Made by a program: the position numbers and the translations under genes. The notes beneath the pieces were generated by a model that saw nothing but the letters and a program-made list of their open reading frames with translations, made no database searches and was not told the origin of the DNA. Positions 18,753-28,556 of a stretch of 64,000 nt of DNA are shown here, one piece after another. Every line of letters starts with the position of its first letter. Positions within the stretch are counted from its first letter, which is position 1. The stretch is from the NCBI GenBank assembly GCA_964488645.1, contig CAZAVK010000006.1:18548-82547 (forward strand), in the 5' to 3' direction. This DNA comes from an uncultured Rikenella sp. (GTDB lineage Bacteria; Bacteroidota; Bacteroidia; Bacteroidales; VadinHA17).

Positions 18753-19364
18753 TTGGAAAAAGAGATACTGAAGATTGCACGGAGGGTGCAGGCGATTGCC
18801 CAGTCAGGGCTCCATTTTGCTGAGAATGATTTTGATCACGAGCGCTATGGTGAGTTGCGGGAGCTGAGCATCAGGCTGGTCGGGGCCATAAGTGATGCCT
18901 CGCCCGGGCGTATCACCGGGCTCTTCACCAACGAGACGGGGTTCCAGACACCCAAGGTTGACGTGAGGGCTGTGGTGATCAGCAACGGAAAGATATTGAT
19001 GGTACGCGAAAAGGTTGACGGCAGATATTCCATCCCGGGAGGTTTTGCCGATATCAACCTCTCCCCCTCACAGGTCGCCGTGAAGGAGGTGAAGGAGGAG
19101 ACCGGGCTCAACGTACGGTTCAACAGGGTGCTGGCCATAGCCGATACTGACCGGCATGGCTTCCCGCCCCTGCCCTACCATTACTACAAGCTGATCATGC
19201 TCTGCGACCTGATTGATGGTGAGCTGCGTGACAGTATCGAGACCAGCGATGCAGGGTTTTTCAGCTTTGACGATCTCCCGGAGCTCTCCGAGGAGCGTAA
19301 TACGGCCGGCCTGCTCAGGCTGATCAGGGAGAGACTGGAGATTATTGAACCATACTGTGATTGA
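18753..19364 (+). CDS. NUDIX hydrolase with N-terminal helical domain (ADP-ribose pyrophosphatase-like)
   Basis: TTG start; QTPKVDVRA; Nudix box GGFADINLSPSQVAVKEVKEETGL. Confidence 0.9.
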   Translation: MEKEILKIARRVQAIAQSGLHFAENDFDHERYGELRELSIRLVGAISDASPGRITGLFTNETGFQTPKVDVRAVVISNGKILMVREKVDGRYSIPGGFADINLSPSQVAVKEVKEETGLNVRFNRVLAIADTDRHGFPPLPYHYYKLIMLCDLIDGELRDSIETSDAGFFSFDDLPELSEERNTAGLLRLIRERLEIIEPYCD

Positions 19365-19382
19365 AACCATCATAACTTACGG

Positions 19383-19535
19383 GAGATGACCTCACTGACA
19401 CGAGAGGAGCTTCTGCGACTTAAACTGACACAACCTGCATGAGATGAACTCATTAGCACGAGAAAAGCCTCTGCGGCTGAAACTGACACAACCTGGATGA
19501 GATGAACTCACTTACACAAGAAGAGCTACTGCGGT
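19383..19535. repeat. 58-bp tandem repeat (about 2.5 copies) duplicating the start codon and 5' end of the moeB-like gene
   Basis: gagatga(a/c)ctca...ac(g/a)aga...ctgcg with ATGs at 19386, 19444 and 19502. Confidence 0.9.
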
Positions 19536-20347
19536 ACCAGAGACAGCTGATCATCCCTGAGCTGGGTGAAGAGGGGCAGCTGCGGCTTAAGAGGGCGGCG
19601 GTGATCGTTATCGGTGCCGGGGGGCTGGGCTCGCCGCTGCTGCTCTACCTGGCCGGCGCCGGAGTGGGGCGCATAGGCATTGTTGACCATGATGAGGTAA
19701 GTATCAGCAACCTGCAGAGACAGATCCTCTATACCACAGATGACATTACCCGGGCCAAGGCAACCGTCGCTGCAGAGCGGCTCAGCAGGCTGAATCCCTC
19801 CATAGAAGTCGCCGCCATGCCGGTACGGCTCATTGAGGAGAATGCCGCCTCACTGCTGACCGGATATGATATTGCCGTTGACTGCACCGATAACTTCCAT
19901 ACACGCTATATCATCAGCGATGCCACTCTCAGGGCCGGCATACCCATGGTCTACGGTGCGGTGACCGGGTTCATGGGACAGGTATCGGTATTCAACTACA
20001 GGGGTGGCCCCTCATACCGCGACCTCTACCCCGAAGAGATACATGGCAGGCCGGAGAGCATGACTGAAGACAGGGATAAGACCGGCCAGGAGAGGACAGC
20101 CCGGGAGAAAACTGGCCTGGAGAGGGCCGGTCACGAAAGGACCGCCCGGGAGAGGGCCGGACAGGAGAGGGCCGGCCTGGAGAGGGAAGGGGAGCCTCTG
20201 GGGGTGATCGGGCCGCTGCCGGGAATCATCAGTTCGGTACAGGCATGTGAAGTGATAAAACTAATCACCGGGGCGGGAGAGATCCTCTCAGGCCGTCTCC
20301 TGCAGATAGATGCCCTTAACCTGCGGAACAGTTATATTTCCATTTGA
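19502..20347 (+). CDS. moeB: HesA/MoeB/ThiF family E1-like adenylyltransferase with an internal repeat insertion
   Basis: RYQRQ, GAGGLG, D.V..SNLQRQ and DCTDNF motifs; the C-terminal CxxC is absent. Confidence 0.85.
   Translation: MNSLTQEELLRYQRQLIIPELGEEGQLRLKRAAVIVIGAGGLGSPLLLYLAGAGVGRIGIVDHDEVSISNLQRQILYTTDDITRAKATVAAERLSRLNPSIEVAAMPVRLIEENAASLLTGYDIAVDCTDNFHTRYIISDATLRAGIPMVYGAVTGFMGQVSVFNYRGGPSYRDLYPEEIHGRPESMTEDRDKTGQERTAREKTGLERAGHERTARERAGQERAGLEREGEPLGVIGPLPGIISSVQACEVIKLITGAGEILSGRLLQIDALNLRNSYISI
20081..20185 (+). repeat. In-frame 15-bp repeat x7 (5-aa unit, TGQER/AGLER type)
   Basis: Units such as accggccaggagagg at 20081, 20096, 20111, 20126, 20141, 20156 and 20171. Confidence 0.9.
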
Positions 20348-20410
20348 CTCAATAATCGTCTGACAGATTTTAATTAAATTAGTTCTCGCGAGGCAACTGT
20401 AAACAACCCT

Positions 20411-22555
20411 ATGTCCGTAAGACCCAATTGTATACCCCTGGTGCTGATATTGCTGGCAGTTTCTGTAGGTTCGCTCTTTTCACAGGAGTCGTCTGACACC
20501 AGTGCCATAGCCAGGAAAGCCTCTGAAGCGTATGCCATTGCCCGTCAGAACCCTGATATAGCCATCATGATGGCACATCAGGCGATGGAATCATCACGCA
20601 GGCTCAACTACACGAAGGGTATGGCTGATGCCTCTCTGGCGCTTGGGATGGCTTACCTTGCCAAGTACAATCCGGGCGACAGCGCAAGGTACTTCAATGA
20701 GCGGGCTCTTTCCCTGTATGAGGAAAGGGGAGACAAAGCAGGGATGGGGCGGGCAAGCTATGGACTCTCATACGTTTACAGCTTCAGGGGCGATGCCCCG
20801 TCATCGGAGAGATATGCTGTTCTTGCCCTTAAATATTTTGAGGAAGCCGGTGATCATCGTGGTATGATCAATGCCCTGAATGTTCTCTCGTACCATGCAA
20901 GGCAGAAGCATAACCTTGATTCTGCAAAGAAATACCTCGAAACGGCCATCGCCACTGCCAGAAAAGTCAGGGATACCCTTCCTCTGGCTGACGCTACAAA
21001 CAGCCTCGGCAATCTCTACAAGGAGATGACTCTTTTCAGTCAGGCAATCGATGCATATTTTGAAGCCTTGAAGCTCTGGGAGAGCAAAGGTGACAGTGCC
21101 GGCATGTCAATTGCTTACGGAAGCATTGGTCTCGCCTACTTTTACCAGAAAGCCTATGACCGGGCGTTGGAGTTCAGCAGGAAACACCTCCGGTTGTCAG
21201 AAAAAAGGAGAGATTTATGGGAGGTGAGCAAGGTTTGTAACACCATAGCGCAAATCCATAACGCCAGGGATAACTATGACAGCGCTCTTGTCTACCTGCG
21301 GAGGAGCCTCGCAATCAACAGGCAGATGAACTACCCCCCGGGCGAAGCCTCAAGCTGTTACAACATCGCATCCACCCTCCTCTTCCTGTCACAGCCTGAT
21401 TCTGCACAGTGGTATATACGGAAAGCATTTGATCTGATATCCGGTACCGGGACTCCCGTTCCGCCCGAGTATTATGTCACCCGTGCAAACATTGAGCAGT
21501 CTCTCGGCAATTACGGAAAGGCGCTGTCAAGCGGGATAAAGGCCTATTCAATCGGAAAAGAAAAGCAACTGCCGATCATTGTCTCGGATGCCTCACTGCT
21601 GCTCAGCGATCTTTACGGCATGACCGGAAGGAAGGATCTTGCCTACGGTTATCTGAAGGAACACATGCAACTCAGTGACTCAATCAGCAATGACGAGTTC
21701 CTGAATCAGTTAACCCGGATGGAGATACAGTATGACTATGACAAGAAGCAGAAGGCTGCAGAATATCAGCGTATGCAGGAGAGGCTTATGAATGAGGGCA
21801 AAATCAAACAGCAGAGGACCCTGATCGTCAGCCTCGGAGTGCTCTTTCTTCTTGCCGGCTTCTTCTCACTGCTCTACCTCAGGCACACCCGTCTGAGAGC
21901 AAGGTATGCCCAGATAGATCTCGAACAACGCCTGCTGCGGGCACAGATGAACCCTCACTTCATCTTCAACTCATTATGCGCCATCCAGGATCTGATCATG
22001 ACCGATAAACCACAGAAGGCCAATGCCTTTCTCACCAAGATAGCCCGGCTGATGCGAAATATCCTGGAAAACACCCGCGAGGAGTATGTTTCGCTCGACA
22101 AGGAGATAGAGACCCTGAAACTATACATGGATGTGCAGCAACTGAGATTCGATGACGGATTCACATATGGAATTGAGGTTGATGAGGCCATTGATCCGGA
22201 AAATGTCTCAGTCCCGCCCATGCTTGCCCAGCCCTGTGTTGAGAATTCAATCGAGCACGGACTGCTACCAGGGAAGAAAGAGGGACAGATAAGCGTAAAG
22301 TATTCCCTCAAGGATGGTCTGTTGATGCTGGAAGTGACTGACAACGGCGTTGGAAGAGATAAGGCTGCAGAGCAAAAGCCCCGGATGAAGAAAGAGTCAG
22401 TCTCAACCAGGCTGACGGCAAAGCGGCTTGAACACTTCAGGAAGATACTGAAGGAAAAACAGATAAGTTACGAGATAACTGACCTGTACGAAGAGGGTAT
22501 TGCTGCAGGCACAAGGGTGGTTATGATGCTGCCATGGAAAAAGGTTTACGCATAA
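20411..22555 (+). CDS. LytS-type sensor histidine kinase with periplasmic TPR domain
   Basis: Signal peptide, TPR helices, one TM segment; LLRAQMNPHFIFNSL, QPCVENSIEHG and DNGVG. Confidence 0.92.
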   Translation: MSVRPNCIPLVLILLAVSVGSLFSQESSDTSAIARKASEAYAIARQNPDIAIMMAHQAMESSRRLNYTKGMADASLALGMAYLAKYNPGDSARYFNERALSLYEERGDKAGMGRASYGLSYVYSFRGDAPSSERYAVLALKYFEEAGDHRGMINALNVLSYHARQKHNLDSAKKYLETAIATARKVRDTLPLADATNSLGNLYKEMTLFSQAIDAYFEALKLWESKGDSAGMSIAYGSIGLAYFYQKAYDRALEFSRKHLRLSEKRRDLWEVSKVCNTIAQIHNARDNYDSALVYLRRSLAINRQMNYPPGEASSCYNIASTLLFLSQPDSAQWYIRKAFDLISGTGTPVPPEYYVTRANIEQSLGNYGKALSSGIKAYSIGKEKQLPIIVSDASLLLSDLYGMTGRKDLAYGYLKEHMQLSDSISNDEFLNQLTRMEIQYDYDKKQKAAEYQRMQERLMNEGKIKQQRTLIVSLGVLFLLAGFFSLLYLRHTRLRARYAQIDLEQRLLRAQMNPHFIFNSLCAIQDLIMTDKPQKANAFLTKIARLMRNILENTREEYVSLDKEIETLKLYMDVQQLRFDDGFTYGIEVDEAIDPENVSVPPMLAQPCVENSIEHGLLPGKKEGQISVKYSLKDGLLMLEVTDNGVGRDKAAEQKPRMKKESVSTRLTAKRLEHFRKILKEKQISYEITDLYEEGIAAGTRVVMMLPWKKVYA

Positions 22556-22568
22556 GACTTTTCATGTT

Positions 22569-23321
22569 ATGAAAGCGGTGATAGTAGATGATGAAGCCTC
22601 GGTAAGGAATACTATTTCAACCCTTCTGAAAGAGAGCTTCCCCGATATCACGGTCAGTGCAGCCGCAGGATCAGTGGCAGAAGGTTATGCAGCTGTCAGC
22701 GAGCATCAGCCGGATATCCTGTTCCTGGATATTGAACTGCCCGACGGCCTCGGCTTTGACCTGCTGAAGAAGTTGTCACCCGTCCACTTCAGGACCATAT
22801 TCATTACTGGTCACCAGGAGTATGCCCTTGATGCAATCAAGGTCAGCGCACTTGATTATATCCTTAAGCCGGTGGATGAAGAGGAACTGAGGGCTGCAAT
22901 TGCAAAGGCCCGGGAGATCATCAATCAGGAAGAGGAACAGCTCAAGCTGCTTGCCCTCGGAGAAAACCTGCAGGGAAAGAAAGTCCTGAAACGAATTATC
23001 CTCAGGACAGCTGAAGCCCTGCAACTTATTGCAGTTGATGACATTATTAGGGCTGAGGCAGAAAGCAACTATACCCATTTCTACCTCGAAGGCGGCAAAC
23101 ATATCATGGTATCACGCACCATCAAGGAATATGAAGCCATGCTTAGCGGTGCAGGCCTTATCCGTGTCCACCAGTCGCACCTTGTGAACCTTAACCATAT
23201 CGACAAATTTTACAGGCATGATGGAGGCTATCTGCAGCTTAAAGACGGTACAAGCATACCCGTCTCCCCTCTACTGAAGCAAAAGGTTCTGCAGGCAATC
23301 AGTGACCATCTCTACGAATAG
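22569..23321 (+). CDS. LytTR-family response regulator
   Basis: IVDDE, FLDIELP and DYILKP receiver motifs; IRVHQSHLVNL LytTR motif. Confidence 0.95.
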   Translation: MKAVIVDDEASVRNTISTLLKESFPDITVSAAAGSVAEGYAAVSEHQPDILFLDIELPDGLGFDLLKKLSPVHFRTIFITGHQEYALDAIKVSALDYILKPVDEEELRAAIAKAREIINQEEEQLKLLALGENLQGKKVLKRIILRTAEALQLIAVDDIIRAEAESNYTHFYLEGGKHIMVSRTIKEYEAMLSGAGLIRVHQSHLVNLNHIDKFYRHDGGYLQLKDGTSIPVSPLLKQKVLQAISDHLYE

Positions 23322-23581
23322 TCATTTTTGTACATCGCCATGCAGGCAGTACTGCTGCCGGTAGCTTAATGGGAACTGCTGCCGGCAGCCTATCGGGGAA
23401 AAAGCCGTTTTGCCTTGCATCCTGCTCATCCGACTTGCGGCAACTGATCAGAGACCGTAATTCCTCTCTACTCCGGCTCTTAAAGACACCACCGATACTA
23501 ATCCGCGGCCCTGTTTTGCTAATTAACTGTTGCCGCAGTCCGTGCCCGGGAGTAACTTCCCGCTAATAAAAATGTAAAGCC

Positions 23582-24943
23582 ATGAAACGCCTGTTTATGT
23601 TTAGCGTTGCAACTCTGTTGCTTTTACTTTTCTCCGTCGAGGCCAGGCCTCAGAAAATTTATATTCCTGTAAAGGAGAAGGTAATAGAAGAAACTGACTA
23701 CCGTGCCAACCGGAAGACTGACGAAATCATTGATACAGGTTTTGACAAGGTGGAAGAAGGGATCGGAAAGCTCTTCAAGAAGAAAGAGGATGGAGAAAAA
23801 GCCAAAAAAACAGACAATAAAAAAGAAAAGGGGAAGTCTGGCGCTGCTGAATCCGCAAACCGGAAAAAGCAGGGTAATGACCCCAAACAGGAAAAGCAGG
23901 GTAATGATCCGAAGCAGGGAAAGCAGGGCAATGATCCCAAACAGGAAAAGCAGCAAATGACTGTCAAATGGAACAGGTATGATTTTGTACCCGGGGATAA
24001 AATCATATTTGAGGATAACCAGGAGGGTGAAGTGAACGGAGAGTTCCCTTCACGATGGGACCTTGCCGGGGGAGGCAATGTCGAGAATGCAGCCTTCGGT
24101 GATCAGAACGTCATCTACTTCAAGGATGCAAGTTCATGTATAGTTCCATTCTTCAAGGAGCCGCAGAAAGATAACCTGCCCGACCTGTTTACCATCGAAT
24201 TTGATTGCTGGTTTGAACCAGATGAATATTGCGAGTACTACGTTGATTTCTGGGATCATAAGAATCAGAGTGAAACCACCATTGAGATTTATCCTTTGAT
24301 AATCAATGCCAACCACGCAGGCATCAGCAGAATCGGTGAAGGGTTCTACCCTGGTTACGATGAAAAGGGGGAGATTACCGAAGGATTATGGAGACACGTT
24401 GCCATCTCCTTTAATACCAGGGCCCTTAAGGTTTATCTTGACGATGCCAGGGTGGTTAACATCCCAAATCTTGGTATAAATCCGGAAGGTCTTACCATTT
24501 GTTGTGATCATATGAATACGGCAGGAGTCAGGGGGATAAATCGTTTTATCAAAAATGTGAGGATAGCAGAGGGGGCAGTGAAACTCTATGACAAACTGAT
24601 ACAGGACGGGAAAATCGTTACCAACGGAATACGATTCGACGTAAACAAGTCAACTCTGAAACCTGAGTCAATGGGCGTCATCAACGAAATTGCAAAACTG
24701 ATGAAGGAACATCCTGAAATCAGCTTCTCAGTTGAAGGGCATACTGATTCTGACGGCGAAACAGCCTTCAACCAGGCCCTGTCAGAGAGGAGGGCTGAAG
24801 CTGTGGTGGCGGAGATGGTTCGCCTGGGAATTGATAAGTCAAGGCTGTCATCAAAGGGTTTCGGTGAATCATCTCCCATCGATACCAATGCCACTCCGGA
24901 GGGCAAAGCAAACAACCGGCGCGTCGAGTTTGTGAAGAAGTGA
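23582..24943 (+). CDS. OmpA-family (peptidoglycan-binding) exported protein
   Basis: YDFVPGDKIIF; C-terminal VEGHTD...N..LS..RA.AV...NRRVEF. Confidence 0.92.
   Translation: MKRLFMFSVATLLLLLFSVEARPQKIYIPVKEKVIEETDYRANRKTDEIIDTGFDKVEEGIGKLFKKKEDGEKAKKTDNKKEKGKSGAAESANRKKQGNDPKQEKQGNDPKQGKQGNDPKQEKQQMTVKWNRYDFVPGDKIIFEDNQEGEVNGEFPSRWDLAGGGNVENAAFGDQNVIYFKDASSCIVPFFKEPQKDNLPDLFTIEFDCWFEPDEYCEYYVDFWDHKNQSETTIEIYPLIINANHAGISRIGEGFYPGYDEKGEITEGLWRHVAISFNTRALKVYLDDARVVNIPNLGINPEGLTICCDHMNTAGVRGINRFIKNVRIAEGAVKLYDKLIQDGKIVTNGIRFDVNKSTLKPESMGVINEIAKLMKEHPEISFSVEGHTDSDGETAFNQALSERRAEAVVAEMVRLGIDKSRLSSKGFGESSPIDTNATPEGKANNRRVEFVKK
23867..23953 (+). repeat. In-frame 27-bp repeat x3 (KQGNDPKQE)
   Basis: aagcagggtaatga... 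at 23867, 23894 and 23921. Confidence 0.9.
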
Positions 24944-25106
24944 GCCAGAACCAGTCTAAATCGGGACATGCCGGATAGCGGAACAAATGTGCAGGGCAGG
25001 TTTGTGAAGAAATGAAGGCTGCAGAGGGTTGGCGTGAAGATCTTCCCGATTCCGTAGCGAATATGTAGAACAGATCTATGGAGATTTAAAACAAAGCAAT
25101 CTCAGA

Positions 25107-25802
25107 ATGAAAACAAGTACTTTAATTATGCTTATCACACTTGCAGCCGCTATATGCATGATGAGCGGGTGCAGGGCGAAAAACAAACCTGCCGGAGCAG
25201 AAGGCGGGGCGGCATCCGAAATCGCAGCAGGAGAGGCTGCAGAAGCCGAGGCCAAAGAACCTGATACCGGCGGCAAAGGCAAGCCCCTCGGTATCAGGTC
25301 AGGCATCATTGAGTACACCTACTCCGGTGACAAGACCGGGAAATCAACCCAGTATTTCGATGACTACGGAATGAAAAACGCAGTCTATGCCGAGATAACC
25401 TCCAGGGGAGCGACCAGCAAGGGCTGGACCTTAACCCTCGGAGATGACCAGTACATGTGGGATCTCAATTCCAGCCAGGGAATAAAGACAAGAAACCTGG
25501 TGGCAAAACAGATGCTGGAACTATCCGGCGGAGATATTCTCGAATATATGGCCGGGATGTATGAACAGATGGGAATGACCAAAAGCGGAACCGAAATGTT
25601 CCAGGGTAAGGAATGCACGGTTTTCAAGGGCGCTCCGGGTAAGGTCCTGATCTGGAAAGGAGTTATGATGATGATGGAAATGAAGATGGGCGATATTGTC
25701 TCCAGGCAGGAAGTCAGTTCCATTGAAACAAACGTCAATGTCGACAGCAAGTACTTCCGGATACCGGATAATATCACCTTCAATGAGATCACGGGATTCT
25801 GA
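25107..25802 (+). CDS. Lipoprotein, DUF4412-like
   Basis: Lipobox MSGC; SGIIEY..YFDDYG and GTE.FQGKEC..F..W.GV pattern. Confidence 0.6.
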   Translation: MKTSTLIMLITLAAAICMMSGCRAKNKPAGAEGGAASEIAAGEAAEAEAKEPDTGGKGKPLGIRSGIIEYTYSGDKTGKSTQYFDDYGMKNAVYAEITSRGATSKGWTLTLGDDQYMWDLNSSQGIKTRNLVAKQMLELSGGDILEYMAGMYEQMGMTKSGTEMFQGKECTVFKGAPGKVLIWKGVMMMMEMKMGDIVSRQEVSSIETNVNVDSKYFRIPDNITFNEITGF

Positions 25803-25875
25803 AACGGTCCGGAAAACTTGTTTTTCAGATGTGGATTTAATGTCTGACAATGAATAACCCCTAATAAACGAAAAA

Positions 25876-26397
25876 ATGAACCCACAACACCTCTTTCAAA
25901 GATGTATCATTCTGACATCCGTTTTAACACTGACGCTAACTCCCTCATGCAGCTGGTTCAAGAAAGACCCGATGTATATCGGGACATGGGAAAACAGAGA
26001 CAAGATTTATGTCAGTGACAAAACCTTCAATACAATCACCACCCTCAAGCTTACAGAGAGCACTTTTGAGGAAGTATATATCATTAAGCGCGACAATTCA
26101 TCCGAGGTTGTGTCCCTGCTGGGCATGAAGGGTAACCTTGAGGTTAAGGGTGATGAGATGACTTTCAGGCTGACAGCAGTAGGGGAATGTGTGAAGGATA
26201 ATCAGCAGAATTGCACTTCGGCAGTTGAGTGGTTCAAGAAAGGATCTCCACAATACAACACCTACGTACAGTATCTTGAGGAAACAGTAAAAGGCAAATT
26301 TGAGGCAGATGAGGATTACCTCTGGCTTCTGCGCGACAGGAACCTTGACGGTGACACGGATGATGCCGGTGAGGAGATGTGGTTTGAACGACTCTGA
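25876..26397 (+). CDS. Hypothetical lipoprotein
   Basis: TLTPSC lipobox-like sequence; YIGTW; acidic D-x-N-x-D-G loop near the C-terminus. Confidence 0.7.
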   Translation: MNPQHLFQRCIILTSVLTLTLTPSCSWFKKDPMYIGTWENRDKIYVSDKTFNTITTLKLTESTFEEVYIIKRDNSSEVVSLLGMKGNLEVKGDEMTFRLTAVGECVKDNQQNCTSAVEWFKKGSPQYNTYVQYLEETVKGKFEADEDYLWLLRDRNLDGDTDDAGEEMWFERL

Positions 26398-26407
26398 TCA
26401 GCAACAT

Positions 26408-28486
26408 ATGAGAATTACACCAACTAAAAAGGGAGGTATGGCATTCATACTCCTTGTGGTATTTCTTCCCTTACCAATGTTTGCCGTTCCCCCGCTTTAC
26501 CTGGCTAACGAATGGGCAGACAATCACGGAATCAATTCATTCGCTTCCGCTTGGAGAAAATATGATTTCAACGGCGACGGTAAATTTGACCAGGCTGACA
26601 TAAATGAAATTGTTGCGCGGGGTGCTCAAGGTATAGAATTCGACCTTAATCATGACGGCAAGAAAGACCTGGATGATGCGCTGGCTCTCTTTCTTATCCT
26701 GTCAGTACTGGACCGCACTTGTAACGGGGAGGTTGATGACAGGGATTTTGAACCTGTAGCCCCCATATCATTACCTGATGCTCCTGATATCCAGATAGTG
26801 CGAAGGATCGTCAACGAAGAAGTCACACGGGCAATGATGCAACTCCCTCCTGACATTGAAGAGCAGGCCTTCAGGTTAATCCCTCGCGGGAAGCGTCTGA
26901 TACTGGAAGAAAGAGCATATGCATACCAGATTGCCGGTCTCTCAGGACTTGCACAGAGAAATCTGGATGCAGCCATATGGGGTTTTGGCAAATCCTTCCA
27001 GACTGATGAAAGCTCATCGGGAGCTATTGGTAGCCTGGCCTTCTGCCTGGCAGTCGATGATAAGGATGAAGAAGCAATGTCCTTGCTGGCATTTGCCAGG
27101 AAGCTCTTTCCCGAGTCAGCACCGACAGCTACATCTATTGGCTGGATCTATGCCCGGCACGGTCAAAATGAAGAAGCACTCGGTTATTTTAGGGATGCTG
27201 TCCGTTTTACACCCGAAATTGCACAATATCACATGAATCTGGGTGTACTCCTTATGCGTATGGGCAAGGAGCGGGAGGCTTATGAAGAGTTCAAAACAGG
27301 AAAGGAACTGGATCCTTCCGATGCAAGGAAGTACCTTTTCTGGTATACAACAAAACCGCCTGACATATCGGCTAAAAAAGAGACAATTGATACTCAAGGG
27401 TTCCGCCAGGAACGTGAAAATGAAATCAGTGAAATGGCTGAACTTGGTTATACAGGGGAGGACCTCCCGGAACCCTGGGATGAAATGTCACCCTGCTCCC
27501 AGTCATTATTGATACCTGAATTACTTGAACGAAGGCTCGAAAAACAGTCTGACGAAATTCTACTCAAATATTCCAATAAATGCGCGGAAATAATTGAAAA
27601 ATTAATTAAAGAGTATATGCCGGTGTGGAGCAACTGTGTAGAGGACTACAAAAGATGGCTTGATGGCGTGCCAGTAGTTAACAAGCAGAGTAGGGCGATA
27701 ACAGAGGTCTTTGCGAAAATGGCAGCAAATGATATTCTATCACTTAGTAGGGCTATGGGATCCGAACTCTTCGGATACAGTTCTTTTTTCTATGCGAATG
27801 CACTGAAACAGGCCTCCGCTGATGCCAATGAAGAGCTAAAAAGGCTTAGTGAGTTGCCGATTACAGCTCAGTCCCTCACTGAGCATAAAGCACGGGCTCA
27901 TAAGGAGGCTCTGGAAAATGCAATGGAGTACTGCTATAAGCCACTTATTGAGCAGGCTTACCGACTTATGACTGCCAAAGAGTGCGGTACATTTAGCCTG
28001 CCAAAACCGACGGTCGAAGTAATTACCGTACAGGAATTTAACCAGATGTTTTTTGTAATCCTGGAGCGCGGTGTTGTAATTCAAGGATACTGCCCTGACG
28101 GAAAAGGTGGAGATTTCAAGCAGCCGGATTTTAAATTCGACCCTACAATAAGTCTGGACCTCTATATAATAAGTTTCGAATGGAATCCCATAACCAATGA
28201 GTTCGAGCTTAACCTGGGACAGGGAATAATGGTTGGAATGACATGGAAGCCGGAGACGGGTTTTGGGGTTCAGGTAGGCCTGGGAGTACATGGTAAGGTA
28301 GGTGGTGTTATCGGTGGAGAAGCTGCCGTTTGGTGCAGGCTTGACGAAGGCGTTTTAACTGTTGAAAGTGAACTCGGAGGCTATATTGGACTGAGTAGAG
28401 AAGTGCCGGGACTGGGGGGGAAGAAAGGATCGGCATCATTAGGTTTTGAAATTACTCACACTCATGCTACCGCCAACCTATATTGA
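26408..28486 (+). CDS. Exported TPR protein with N-terminal dockerin/EF-hand-like repeats
   Basis: Signal peptide after 26408 or 26438; DFNGDGKFDQAD, DLNHDGKKDLDD and DRTCNGEVDDRD; TPR helices (GWIY..HG..EEA...F..A...P). Confidence 0.75.
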   Translation: MRITPTKKGGMAFILLVVFLPLPMFAVPPLYLANEWADNHGINSFASAWRKYDFNGDGKFDQADINEIVARGAQGIEFDLNHDGKKDLDDALALFLILSVLDRTCNGEVDDRDFEPVAPISLPDAPDIQIVRRIVNEEVTRAMMQLPPDIEEQAFRLIPRGKRLILEERAYAYQIAGLSGLAQRNLDAAIWGFGKSFQTDESSSGAIGSLAFCLAVDDKDEEAMSLLAFARKLFPESAPTATSIGWIYARHGQNEEALGYFRDAVRFTPEIAQYHMNLGVLLMRMGKEREAYEEFKTGKELDPSDARKYLFWYTTKPPDISAKKETIDTQGFRQERENEISEMAELGYTGEDLPEPWDEMSPCSQSLLIPELLERRLEKQSDEILLKYSNKCAEIIEKLIKEYMPVWSNCVEDYKRWLDGVPVVNKQSRAITEVFAKMAANDILSLSRAMGSELFGYSSFFYANALKQASADANEELKRLSELPITAQSLTEHKARAHKEALENAMEYCYKPLIEQAYRLMTAKECGTFSLPKPTVEVITVQEFNQMFFVILERGVVIQGYCPDGKGGDFKQPDFKFDPTISLDLYIISFEWNPITNEFELNLGQGIMVGMTWKPETGFGVQVGLGVHGKVGGVIGGEAAVWCRLDEGVLTVESELGGYIGLSREVPGLGGKKGSASLGFEITHTHATANLY

Positions 28487-28556
28487 AAGAAACCGGATAT
28501 GATTACCGATAATCTTCAGCCATTGATTTCTAACTCATTATGAACTAAATATAGTT

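Noticed and set aside
26300-26407. Longer start for the dockerin-like/TPR gene
   Set aside because: It overlaps the upstream lipoprotein gene; the signal peptide follows ATG 26408 or 26438.
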